Shown here piece by piece: positions 14,004-25,085 of a stretch of DNA of 64,000 nt; within the stretch, counting starts at the first letter, position 1; each line of letters begins with the position of its first letter. Source of the stretch: Centroscyllium fabricii (Eukaryota); contig JBNRSN020000017.1 of NCBI GenBank assembly GCA_051313645.2, forward strand, positions 19,840,001-19,904,000, written 5' to 3'. Under the pieces are notes generated by a model that did not search any database, was not told the origin of the DNA, and saw nothing but the letters and a program-made list of their open reading frames with translations. The position numbers and the translations under genes were made by a program.

Positions 14004-14255
14004 AGAACCGTGACCCATTCCACCTCCACCAACAAAAGGTGCAAGTTCTGGTGGTACGGGTAGAGGTTTAGCACCAGGAATGGGGTCCGATATGATCATC
14101 CCAGATTTGGTGGCAGCAACGGGTTCAGAGATGAGGGTTCCTCCACTGCCTGCAGACATCTGCTGCACCAATGACATTGCACGGTCAGGAATCCTGGATG
14201 GGTCGCTACAAGACTGTTGCCAGCCAGGAAGCTTTTGTGTTACCATATCCTTGCC
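14004..14255 (-). CDS. BAIAP2: BAIAP2 exon (exon 8 orthologue) with CRIB-PR motif: GKDMVTQKLPGWQQSCSDPSRIP...IISDPIPGAKPLPVPPELAPFVGGGGMGHGS
   Basis: 252 bp, ttacag acceptor, gtaagt donor; ORF 13935..14246; ISDPIPGAKPLPVPPELAPF is diagnostic of IRSp53 rather than BAIAP2L1/L2. Confidence 0.96.
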
Positions 14256-14504
14256 CTGTAAAAGAAAAACAATTGAGTGGTTACTTCAGATGAATCTAGA
14301 GACTAGAACACTTCAAGGGTCTTCATTTAATCAATTTTGGAGAGGACAAGATGGCCTCTTTCCGTGCTGTAAATTTCTATGATTCCATGACAAAAATCTA
14401 AAAAAAAGGTGAATACCATGAATATTAAAAATTGAGCAAAATTGGCTGAGAAAAAAAAGTAAAATTTAAATCCGATAGAAGGAGCTATTCCATTCAAATA
14501 CAAT

Positions 14505-16286
14505 GGGCGAAACATTCATGAGCGCACGATTTGGGGCGCTAAAATGGGCGCAGCGCTAAAATGGGCGCCGGAGCTTCCGAAACTGGGTTTTGCGCCGGCC
14601 TTGCAGATTTCAGCGCTAAATCTAGCGTTGCACGGGATGGCCAATTTCATGGCGCTAATTGGCGATTGCAGGTGCAGCGCTCATTCAGCAACTCCCTGCC
14701 TTCCCATGAACTCTGGAGCCGGACAGGTCTTAAAGGGGGTAGGGGAAGCAGTGCATGATGTGTCGGCTCCCCTCCCTCAGCATCTCCCCGATCTCGGGCC
14801 GACCCCCCTCCCTCATCATCGCCCCGATCTCGGGCTGACCCCCCTCCCTCAGCATCTCCCCGATCTCGGGCTGACCCCACTCCCTCAGCATCTCCCTGAT
14901 CTCGGGCCGACCCCCCTCCCTCAGCATCTCCCCGATCTCGGGCTGACCCGCCTCCCTCAGCATCTCCCTGATCTCGGGCTGACCCGCCTCCCTCAGCATC
15001 TCCCCGATCTCGGGCTGACCCCCCTCCCTCATCATCGCCCCGATCTCGGGCTGACCTGCCTCCCTCAGCATCTCCCTGATCTCGGGCCGACCCCCCTCCC
15101 TCAGCATCTCCCCGATCTCGGGCTGACCCCCCCTCCCTCAGCACCTGCCCGATCTCGGGCTGACCCCCTCCCTCATCATCGCCCCGATCTCGGGCCGACC
15201 CCCCTCCCTCATCATCGCCCCGATCTCGGGCTGACCCCCCTCCCTCATCATCGCCCCGATCTCGGGCCGACCCCCCTCCCTCAGCATCGCCCCGATCTCG
15301 GGCCGACCCCCCTCCCTCATCATCTCCCCGATCTCGGGCTGACCCCCCTCCATCAGCATCGCCCCGATCTCGGGCCGACCCCCCTCCCTCATCATCGCCC
15401 CGATCTCGGGCTGACCCCCCTCCCTCAGCATCTCCCCGATCTCGGGCTGACCCCCCTCCCTCAGCATCTCCCCGATCTCGGGCTGACCCCCCTCCCTCAG
15501 CATCTCCCCGATCTCGGGCTGACCCCCCTCCCTCAGCATCTCCCCGATCTCGGGCTGACCCCCCCTCCCTCAGCATCTCCCCGATCTTGGGCTGACCCCC
15601 CTCCCTCAGCACCTGCCCGATCTCGGGCTGACCCCCCTCCCTCAGCACCTGCCCGATCTCGGGCTGACCCCCCTCCCTCAGCATCTCCCCGATCTTGGGC
15701 TGACCCCCCCTCCCTCAGCATCTGTCCGATCTCGGGCCGACCCCCCTCCCTCAGCATCTCCCTGATCTCGGGCCGACCCCCCCTCCCTCAGCACCTGCCC
15801 GATCTCGGGCTGACCCCCTCCCTCAGCATCTCCCTGATCTCGGGCCGACCCCCCCTCCCTCAGCACCTGCCCGATCTTGGGCTGACCCCCCCTCCCTCAG
15901 CATCTGTCCGATCTCGGGCCGATCCCCCTCCCTCAGCATCTCCCCGATCTCGGGCTGACCCCCTCCCTCAGCATCTCCCCGATCTCGGGCTGACCCCCCT
16001 CCCTCAGCACCTGCCCGATCTTGGGCCGACCCCACTCCCTCAGAAGCGCTTGCCAAAGCTGGCGCGAGCAGCGTTACGCCAAGGGGACTGGCGCAAAGGC
16101 GAATTTCGGGCGCAGCCGTTGCACCCGGATATGAACGAGGATTGGCGATCGCAAATTAGCGCGCGCTAACATTTAGCGCCGGCGCTGTTCGGGTGGCGAA
16201 TTTAGCACCCGGCGCTAAATTTTCTGCATTCGGCGCAAAACCCGCCTGCGCCCATTTTCCGGCACTAAGGCGCCAATTTTCCGCCC
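14505..16286. mobile_element. PIF/Harbinger-like MITE carrying an internal minisatellite
   Basis: aat|gggcgaaacatt ... aattttccgccc|aat (3-bp TSD); agcgcc-rich subterminal regions shared with 45271-45981. Confidence 0.75.
14769..16043. repeat. 36-bp GC-rich minisatellite, ~35 copies (cccctccctcagcatctccccgatctcgggctgacc)
   Basis: Direct tandem units; source of the spurious PLPQHLPDLGLT ORF repeats. Confidence 0.95.
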
Positions 16287-16563
16287 AATGTTTCTGCAAA
16301 ATTTGATAGCCTTAATTTCCCACCGCCTCTCTCGATGTATAGTCATGGCAACTGACTCTGTACAGTGCTTCGCAGCCACAGAGTCAGCTGAATGATCTCC
16401 AATGGCCTGAGTACTTAAGAGACTTGCAGCTTTGAAGATGCTAGCCCTTTTTATACAAAGTGCACAAAGCAGATGTGCTGTAAACTTACCGAATTGCTAA
16501 GGCAATTTCAGTCAACATGCCAAATCTATTCATACAAACAAATAAAACACAGTTCCACTAATA

Positions 16564-16893
16564 CAGGAAACTCTCGATTTACCAGCACCTAAATAACCAG
16601 AAATCTCTATTAACCAGCAAAATTCAGGAGTAGGTTCAGATAAGTTTTACTTCATATTAGTGGCCGTTCCTCGATCTGTGGCTGTGCAACCAGGATTCCT
16701 GCACCTGTTGCTATGCAACAGGGACGCCTGGATCTGTGACCGGGGTTCCTGCACCTGTTGCTATGCAACAGGGAACCCTGGATTTGTGGTTGTGTACGGG
16801 GCTCTCGTACCTTTTACTATACCTCTCGGTTATCCGGACTTTTTGATAAACTGGCACCACGCCAGTGCCAGATTTAAAAAAAAGCGTTTCCTG
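16564..16893. mobile_element. Tigger-like MITE (different family)
   Basis: TA|caggaaactct ... agcgtttcctg|TA; internal 50-bp duplication (16696/16746). Confidence 0.7.
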
Positions 16894-17719
16894 TAGTTTG
16901 TTAAACAAAATTGTTCTTTACTATATATTTGTGTTGCTGAATATCCTTTGCATTCTTTAATGCAACTTTAATGCAGTTAAGAGTCAACCACATTGCTGTG
17001 AGTCACACATAGGTCAGACCGAGTAAGGACGGCAGATTTCCTTCCCTAAAGAACATTAGTGAAGCAGATGGGCTCTTACAACAATCCAGTAGCTACATTA
17101 ACTTTTTTATTTAATTAACTGATTTTAAATTCCCCAGCTGCCATGGTGGGATTTGAACGCGCGATCATTAGTCCAGGCCTCTGGATTACTGATCCAATAA
17201 CATAACCACTATGCTGTTCCCTGTAATTGGCCTCTGCAATCTGGATTGTGAAAACAGCCAAGGCCCTTGCTCCGAATCATTGTCCAATAAACTCACGCAG
17301 ATAGCGCATGTGTATGCGATCAGGTGAGGACTGAATCAGATTTGGCTGCGATACCCTTCAGGCTCAAGTATCCTGCTGACACTCACTGCCAGGGTGCCTG
17401 TATAAACATTTGCCACTTGAGTGAAATAGTGGAGGGCTGGCTCCCACAGAACTGTATGCCTTCAGAAGAAGCAAGGGCAATGAGGAAATTGGCAAAGAAA
17501 AAAGCAAATGTACTATACATTCAGCAACATAGGAAAGGAAGCTAATGAAAAGAAACAGAGTCACATTTTTCTTCAGGATATCCAATACAAAAATCTACTG
17601 TGGTGTTATTCACCTGATATGGGCGCGTACGACTGCAACTAAAACAGCTCACAATTATTTATGAGGCATCAACCTTTTAATATCAAGGTAACGTTAAACA
17701 TTATAACTGGAACATTGTG

Positions 17720-18020
17720 TGGTACTGAGCAATACAGATCAGGAAGAATCCAAATTTGAACCTTGGTCTCTGCTCAGCTAGCTGATCTCATCCAGGATGA
17801 CAGTAGGACATTACAATTGTCCTCGGCTTTCCCAAGCTCAAAAGAGGAAACATAAATAACCATGGGTTCTTGCTCCCAATTGCAGGAAAGATCTGAATGA
17901 GTGGGCATCGCTGGAGGACAGAATCGCACCCTGAGTTTATATGAAGAATGGTCAATTGAGTGAGCTAATAATTGAGTGGCATCTGTGGGACAAATTACCA
18001 CCTTTAGTTGAGGAGGAGAG
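17720..18020 (+). mobile_element. Ancient LF-SINE-like relic
   Basis: ggtactgagcaatacagatcaggaag...gctagctgatctca...acaattgtcctc resembles the LF-SINE consensus from memory; similar pieces at ~17222-17450, ~25915-26100, ~39290-39470, ~62250-62330. Confidence 0.55.
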
Positions 18021-18142
18021 AAACATGAAATAAATAAATATTAACACTTACCTGTTTCGTTATTCCTCTCTGAACATTTTTGAAAATCTGCAATGTTGTG
18101 GTTTAGATTTACTTAATTTGAAAGGATTAGCAAATTACTTAC

Positions 18143-18295
18143 CCTGCTGTGGTACACCATGTTATTCTTGGCAACTGCACACTGCCTTTCCACCAGAAAG
18201 CAGTACCGCCTACGTTCCTCACTCAGTGCAGTTTTGAAACCGGTTCCAACGTAGGTCTCCAGATCAGCCTGCTTTTTGCTTATCGTCTCCACATA
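18143..18295 (-). CDS. BAIAP2: BAIAP2 exon (exon 7 orthologue): YVETISKKQADLETYVGTGFKTALSEERRRYCFLVERQCAVAKNNMVYHSR
   Basis: 153 bp, phase 0/0, ctgcag acceptor, gtaagt donor; conserved ALxEERRRxCFLVE I-BAR motif. Confidence 0.97.
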
Positions 18296-18787
18296 CTGCA
18301 GAAATTAGGGGGGGGAGGAGAAAAAATAAAATAAAAACATTTAGGAAATGAACAAACTGTAGATTCCCAATCTGAAATATAAACTAAAATTTGTGATTAC
18401 TCAGTATAAAGTCAGATCCGCATTTTTGACCGAAGATCACATTCAAACCATATAATCTTATGTAAAGTGGTAATATAATAATGGTGAATTAATGATCGTG
18501 GTTTAATAAGATCACTTGCATGGGTATATTTACCCAGTGTGACCTCACAATATACAAGGTACTTTATGTCAACAGGCTAAATGGCAACTGTAGCTATCGC
18601 TAGGAATGGCTTTTATACATGTAATTTCCCAAGAGGGGTTTTTATGACAGTCCAACAGTTCTCGCGGCAATTTTATTTCTGGTGCTGGGTCACTAATTAT
18701 TAGATTTATTGAATTCAATTCACAGTTTAAATTCACAACTTCTGGATTGTTAGCATAGCGTGCATATTTCTCTACAGAATTGCAATA

Positions 18788-19226
18788 CAGGTCCGGCACC
18801 GTTAATCCGGATGGCGGTAATACGCTAACTTCAGTCGTCCGGAACGAATCTGGCCGACTGGTCTGCGCATGCGCGAAACGGCCGCCGCGCTTGGTTGCGC
18901 GTGCCCAGCCCTCTCCCCGACTGCCAGACTGGTCTGCGCATGCACAAAATGGCCGCCGCGCTTGGCTGCGCGTGCCCGGGCCTCTCCCCGACTGCCAGAC
19001 TGGTCTGCGCATGCACAAAATGGGCGCCGCGCTTGGCTGCGCGTGCCCGGGCCTCCCCGAACGATTGATGCTTCGGCAAGCGCATGCGCAGACCATTCAA
19101 AGTTGTTCGCTGTGGCCATTTTGAATAGTTTGCGCATGCGCTCGCCGAAGCTTCAATTGTTTGGAGTTTTCACTTGTCCGGCACCGGCCTGGTCCCGCCC
19201 GTGCCGGATTGACGGTGTCGGACCTG
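18788..19226. mobile_element. Tigger/pogo-like MITE, family copy B (71-bp internal repeat x~3)
   Basis: TA|caggtccggcaccgttaatccgg ... ccggattgacggtgtcggacctg|TA; units start at 18858, 18929, 19000. Confidence 0.9.
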
Positions 19227-20287
19227 TACTGCCTAAAACATTTGGTTGAAGACTAATAAACTCAGTAAAAAGGACGAGCCAATCCTTTATGATTACGCCT
19301 CTTCCTGAAAAATGTACTAAATTATAGCACAAATTACCAGTCATTCTCCTGCCACTGTTAGTTGCACAGCACTCGTCAAACTTTTGTCACAGATTGTATA
19401 CTGTCAAAATAAGGCAATGCACCTATACCCAAGATGTACTACAAAATATTTGCTAAAACACAAACATTAAAAAAAGTAATGAGAAAATGGGATTTGTGAC
19501 CAGTTTGCACTACAGTAGCAAAAAGTTAAATTTTTAATAAATCAAAGTTATTAAAACAAATGATCACTGTAATGCTTCACGAGGTACCACATAGGCATGC
19601 TGGAACTGGCTATTTGTTCTACTCATTCATGGACACGCTCTCATTAATGTGGGAGTGTGAATACATAGCCTAATTGAGAAACAGGAGTGGCAACATTGTG
19701 TTGAAAGTAATATAATATCTTTAATAAAGGTAAAAAGTTAAGTAAACTTTAATAAAGCATTCCTAACCCTCCCTCCAACACAAGCCGATTAAGCATTGGC
19801 ACTTCAAACATGCTGTTCAACGGAATTAATGCTCCAATCATGTGAGGAGATAATTGCAAAGAAATCAGGGAGGTACTCCCTGGGCGCGCCTCAAATGCCT
19901 GCTACTTCTGGACCCACAAAAATAAGAACTGAAAATATGCTGTGCCTTTTACAAAGGGGCCGCCAGCAGCCTTTTAAAGGATAGCTGGTTAGGCCACTCA
20001 ATGCCTGGTACAACTAGATGGAGCATGCGTGGCGCAAGCACCGTCTGTATGTACCCAAATTTCCCATTCAGGGTCCAATAATTGACATACAAGGTCTGAT
20101 TTATATTAAGGAGCCTAATGCACATTTCAGGCAGGTGCACCGGATAACTACAAGTCACCCAAGCCAATATGGTGCCTGCCGCAATTCTGGCATGACAGAT
20201 CATGCCGTGCAATTCGGAGGTTTATCACCGATTTTACACTGGAAAAACGGGTGACCGTGATCTGAATTTCTCCTCCAACTTACTTAC

Positions 20288-20420
20288 TTGGGGTGGACAA
20301 ATGTAAGAAGTCACACAAACACCAGGTTATAGTCCACTTCACCTGACGAAGGGGCAGACGCTCCGAAAGCTTGTGATTTCAAATAAAACTGTTGGACTAT
20401 AACCTGGTGTTGTGCGACTT
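20288..20420. mobile_element. Penelope-like fragment in inverted (fold-back) arrangement
   Basis: aagtcacacaaacaccaggttatagtcca is the reverse complement of tggactataacctggtgttgtgcgactt; homologous to 25010-25085, 29744-29872 and 36191-36397. Confidence 0.75.
20339..20376 (+). ncRNA. Minimal type I hammerhead ribozyme (Penelope-associated)
   Basis: tcac-CTGACGA-a-ggggc(agac)gctcc-GAAA-gc-TT-gtga: stem I tcac/gtga, stem II, palindromic mini stem III (aagctt). Confidence 0.65.
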
Positions 20421-21020
20421 GTTGCATTATTTACTGCCAGTTGTGGTTTGATGGTTATAACATTCAATAGGCGTGAAAATTGAAGTTTTTGAAATAGAGA
20501 ACGCCAATAACTGGCTTGATCTTGTATGCTAACTTTTAACATTCTCATAAGATTTATCAAACTAAACTGATTAAATTCTTGCAATTGATGAATATGATCC
20601 TAATTCTTGCAATTGATGAATACGATCCTCTAAATTAACAGAGCTGACCTCAGCTTAACTGCACAACTCCATTAGGTTCTTCATCAGTTACTTGACTTAA
20701 GATCCTCAAGTAAAATGTTCACCAAAATTACTGTCTATATTAATGCTTCACTCTATGCTTTCGATCATGGTTCTTGAAATATAGAGACCAAGCTTCTTGT
20801 AATAGTTTAAAGGGTAATGAAATGCAATTGTCAAATCCAATTAAAAGTACCGAATTCTATTTTACAGACTTTATATTCAAATTATAAAAATAAAGGTACA
20901 TTGAATGAGGGTGTATGAAGCTAGGCATAATTTGTCTATTTATTGACCAAAAAGTATTTATATATGAGTGGCAAAGGAAAAATTACTTTAATATGCATAA
21001 TATATTAGATATAATATATT

Positions 21021-21126
21021 ATTAGTTTTGATGAAAGGTCATTGACCTAAAACGTTAACTCAGTTTCTCTTTCTCCACAGATGCTACCTGACCTGCTGAG
21101 TATTTCCAGCATTTTCTGTTTTTATT
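21021..21126 (+). mobile_element. Penelope-like terminal fragment with a mutated hammerhead core
   Basis: agtt-TTGATGA-a-aggtc(att)gacct-AAAA-cg-TT-aact; flanked by direct repeat tataatatatt (21010-21020, 21127-21137). Confidence 0.65.
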
Positions 21127-21827
21127 TATAATATATTGGATGTTTAGTTGTTTATTAAAACAGCTACTCCATGGATCGAGCAATTTCTGTTGGAATAAGT
21201 TGCACAAAGGCTGGGGCGTCAACAGTTGGCTGGCTTGAGGCCAAATATGAATCTTAAGAGTTTTGAATAAAAATGAATTGAATCGCACACAAAAAAAAAG
21301 CTTTGCTTTGGCGCAATGCCAACTAACTTTGCATAAAAGCAACAATTAAAGCTTTCAGAAGGTCAAGGAAGGAAAGGAGAGCAGTTAAGATTTACGAGTC
21401 TAAGAACAATATCTTCTCACATCCGAGAGCTAAATCTAAAACTAGTCCCATACTGCAGAAAAAATATAATTATCTTTCTTTGCTGGCTTCAAAGTGAAGT
21501 AAAATTGAAAAGTCTAAATCCAGTTTACTAGAAAATGTGTACAGTCTATAAAACTACCAAAATATAGTAGAAATTAACAGGAAAAAGAAATCCCACTTAG
21601 TATCCACTAGGATGGATGATATGAGAAATAACATTAACACCAGTATAGCAGGTACTGACTGACTAAAGAGAAAAGTTAGTGTGCATCTAACCATGCTCTA
21701 CACAACATGGGACTGTTCAATACCAATAGTGACATGTCAAAAGTATAACTGTTCCATTCTCCAATACAGACCACTAACTTTAGCGATCACATGACTACAA
21801 GAGGGGGGGAAAAAAGGCTGAAGATAT

Positions 21828-22891
21828 AGACGCATAATTTGCAGTCAGTGGTGATGCGATGGCGATCGTCGCTGACCTCGAAGAAAACTGCCCACAGAGA
21901 TCTTGCAATTTAGGTTTCTCGACGTGTAATTGATTGCAGCACTGTCAATAGGTGATTCCTAGCACAATTCAGCAGTGACAACAACAAGCTGTTTAAGCAG
22001 CCAATCACATGAAAGAATTCTCAGGCAAACCAGGAAATGAAAAGCACCGATTATCTGCGCTTGTTAAAAATGTTAGAGTGAAATAAAGATTGGGACATAC
22101 ACATGGGGTTAAGGTAGAAGCTGAAATATCATGAAAAAACTTTAAAAAAAAATTAAAATCATAATTAAGAAATTTGACATTCCGCAAATATAAAAATGAG
22201 TTATTCAGGGTCAGAGCTGTTGTTCAGCAGTTAATACACTGCTAAAACCCCAGTTACACCTATTCCAACAAGGCTCATCATTTAATGGGGGTGTTTAACA
22301 GCAATATTAGCGCGTAAAACGAAACTTTCCGTCAGTTCCGCTGATTGCCGGACTATAGGCGGCAGGGGGGGTCCACAACGCAGCGTGTCGGAGCAGCGAT
22401 TTCCGCATTTAGATGCGCACGCGTTAAATCCTTAAGTTATGGTAAGTTTTGGAGGGGTAATAGAAACATAGAAGATAGGAGCAGGAGTAGGCCATTTGGC
22501 CCTTCGAGCCTGCTCCGCCATTCAATGAGATCATGGCTGATCATCCAAACCCAGTACCCTGTCCCTGCCTTGTCCCCATATCCCTATCGAGCCTGCACCG
22601 ACACATATCCCACCCTATCCCCGTAACCCCACATATTTAATCGCCCTAACACTAAGGGTCAATTTATCCTGGCCAATCAACCTAACCCGCACATCTTTGG
22701 ACTGTGGGAGGAAACCGGAGCACCCGGAGGAAACCCACGCAGACATGGGGAGAATGTGCAAACTCCACACAGATAGTACCCGAGGCTGGATTTGAACCCG
22801 GGTCTCTAGTGCTGGAAGGCAACCGTGCTAACCACTATGCCACCGTGCCACCCCACAGTTCGCTGTCATTGACCACCACAAAATCCGGGCC
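21828..22891. mobile_element. Degenerate Harbinger-like MITE with a nested SINE
   Basis: Ends ...cataatttgcagtcagtggtgatgcga / tcgctgtcattgaccaccacaaaatccgggcc are loosely inverted; AT-rich core resembles 40231-40986; boundaries approximate. Confidence 0.45.
22460..22853 (-). mobile_element. HE1-type V-SINE
   Basis: Reverse complement of the 2834 copy. Confidence 0.9.
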
Positions 22892-22942
22892 ATTATTTCC
22901 TTTATTGAAAGGTATTAAAGTATGACCACAGAGTAACTAGAG

Positions 22943-23075
22943 CATAAGAACTAGGAGCAGGAGTCGGCCATGTGGCCCCTCGAGCCTGCTCCGCCATTCA
23001 ACAAGATCATGGCTGATCTGATCTTGGCCTCAGTTCCACTTCCCTGCCCGCTCCCCATAACCCTCGACTCCCTTA
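22943..23075 (-). mobile_element. CR1/HER1 3' tail fragment
   Basis: cataagaactaggagcaggagtcggccat...cctgctccgccattcaa...tcatggctgatc, same tail as the 24257 copy. Confidence 0.75.
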
Positions 23076-24256
23076 CGCGATTAAAGTCAGCGCTGTATTA
23101 AAATAGAGTAGAGAAGAAAAAGCCAACACTACTCTATTCTTGGTTAAGATTAATATTTACCAAAGGAGGATTGGCAAGACAAAATAATTCCTTTGAAATG
23201 TCATTAATGCATGAAAGTAAACTCATTTTAATCAAAGTACGTCACCACAATAGTACATCCCTCAGTCCTGAACGGTGGAGGAAGGATTATGACTTAGAAA
23301 TATGTAGCTAAATTGAGGCCTCCAAGAGATTAAGTTTATTTGGGATTTGGCAGTGAACAAAAGCAAGCTGTGGATTTAGATTTAAAACCAAAGTGTTTTC
23401 CTGATGTTAATTAAAGTGCTTTTGCTTTCAGCGATCAAAGACTAATCTGGCTATGATCAAAGACGTACCTCAAGTTCTTACTCATGTTTCAAAAAAAATA
23501 GTTGAGCAAGTCATCAGCTTTGAAGCCAATCAAGGTAGGCTTGGGAATCAGGAGCTGAAACAGTTAAATAGTGGAAGGGTCGAATGAAGCCGCACCCTGC
23601 ACACACACAATGCTCCAGAATGGATTCACAAGGAAGCTGGGCATAACCACAGAGAGAAGCTATCAACAGAAACAGGTTATGCAAACAAGTATTGAATGAA
23701 GATATTTGCAATCATCAGCACCGTGTAATACCCTGACTAAAATATGCCAAAACAAGCCAAGCTCTCATCATGCATGCTCATTTGCACTCATAACAACCCT
23801 ATACATTTGCTCTGAAGGGCACTGCATTTTTACCTTCACAGAAAATTAAGTGGTATTTTATCTTGAAATTTATGTGTTGATCTTCAATTATTGCATGGAA
23901 ATGTCATTTTCCATGACTCACTACTGTATTCCAATACAAATGTGCTGATGATGGGGCTGTTGCCATAGCTACAGGAACTAGGTCATACCAGAAATTCTTT
24001 TCATAGTTGGGAACAGCATTACTTAAGGGGTGAAGCCTGTGGATACTGTGAACAGTTAAACCAAACCCACAGTAACTCCAGGCTGACAATGGTTATACTA
24101 TCAGTTGCTCAACATGCCACAAAAGAAGAGAACAAATAATGTTATTAAAAAAATTATAATATGTTCCTTAAGACACTAGGACTATATCAAACATGCTGCA
24201 CTCATTTTGTGACTCACTGTCCATCAGAGACAGTTACTAAATACTTAGTGTCCATA

Positions 24257-24968
24257 CATAAGAAGTAGAAGCAGGAGTAGGCCACACGGCCCCTCGGGCC
24301 TGCTCCGCCATTCAATAGGATCATGGCTGATCCGAACTTAGACTCATGTCCACTTCCCTGCCCGCTCCCTGTAACCCCTTATTCCCTTATCAGTTAGGAA
24401 ACTGTCTATCTCCGTTTTAAATTTATTTAATGTCGCAGCTTCCACAGCTCTCTGAGGTAGCAAATTCCATAGATTTACTACCCTCTGAGTGAAGAAGTTT
24501 CTCCTCATCTCAGTTTTGAAAGGGCAGCCCCTTACTCTCAGATTATGCCCCCTAGTTCTAGTCTCAGCCATCAGTGGAAACATCCTCACCGCATCCACCC
24601 GATCAAGCCCCCTGTGGTAAACCACTGTATATAGTATATATATGTCTCCCCCTTGTGTCCCCTCCCTGTAACTGTACGTAATGCCTCCTTGCCAGGGAGG
24701 ACTCACCTGGGAGGACTCCGCTTCCCGGCTTCCTCCCCAGGCTCCGCCCACTGGGTATAAAAGTGAGAGCACACCTGAGTGCTCTCACTTTGGCTTGGAA
24801 GATCGTCGGACCTGTGTCCACTTCTATGTGAATAAAAGCCTCGATTACATCTAACCAACGACTGGCGTAATTGATTGTGCATCACCCCCTCACAATCTTA
24901 TATGTTTCGATAAGATCGCCTCTCATTCTTCTGAATTCCAATGAGTAGAGGCCCAATCTACTCAACCT
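24257..24968 (-). mobile_element. CR1 (HER1-like) LINE 3' end interrupted by a solo LTR
   Basis: ORF 24344..24772 ends RTRGHNLRVRG...RRNFFTQRVVNLWN; CR1 sequence resumes after 24889. Confidence 0.9.
24613..24884 (+). mobile_element. Solo LTR (Gypsy-type)
   Basis: TG...CA termini, 5-bp TSD ccccc, TATA (gggtataaaa), aataaa signal; ends shared with the LTR at 60499. Confidence 0.85.
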
Positions 24969-25009
24969 ATACAAAATCTAACATGCCATATTCAAATGTA
25001 AGTTTTATC

Positions 25010-25085
25010 TGTTGGACTATAACCTGGTGTTGTGTGACTTCTGGCATTTGTCCACCCCAGTCCGACAGCGGCACCTCGTCACATT
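25010..25085 (+). mobile_element. Penelope-like terminal fragment
   Basis: ctgttggactataacctggtgttgtgtgacttc...tgtccaccccagtcc matches the 29744 copy. Confidence 0.7.

Noticed and set aside
14544-16169. 541-aa ORF and overlapping antisense ORFs
   Set aside because: Translation of a stop-free 36-bp minisatellite inside a MITE; no domain and no splice context.
18569-19249. Recurrent ACADHSK / RMRR / AHAQ ORFs in many places
   Set aside because: All are translations of the gcgcatgcgc-rich MITE interior, open in several frames because of GC content.
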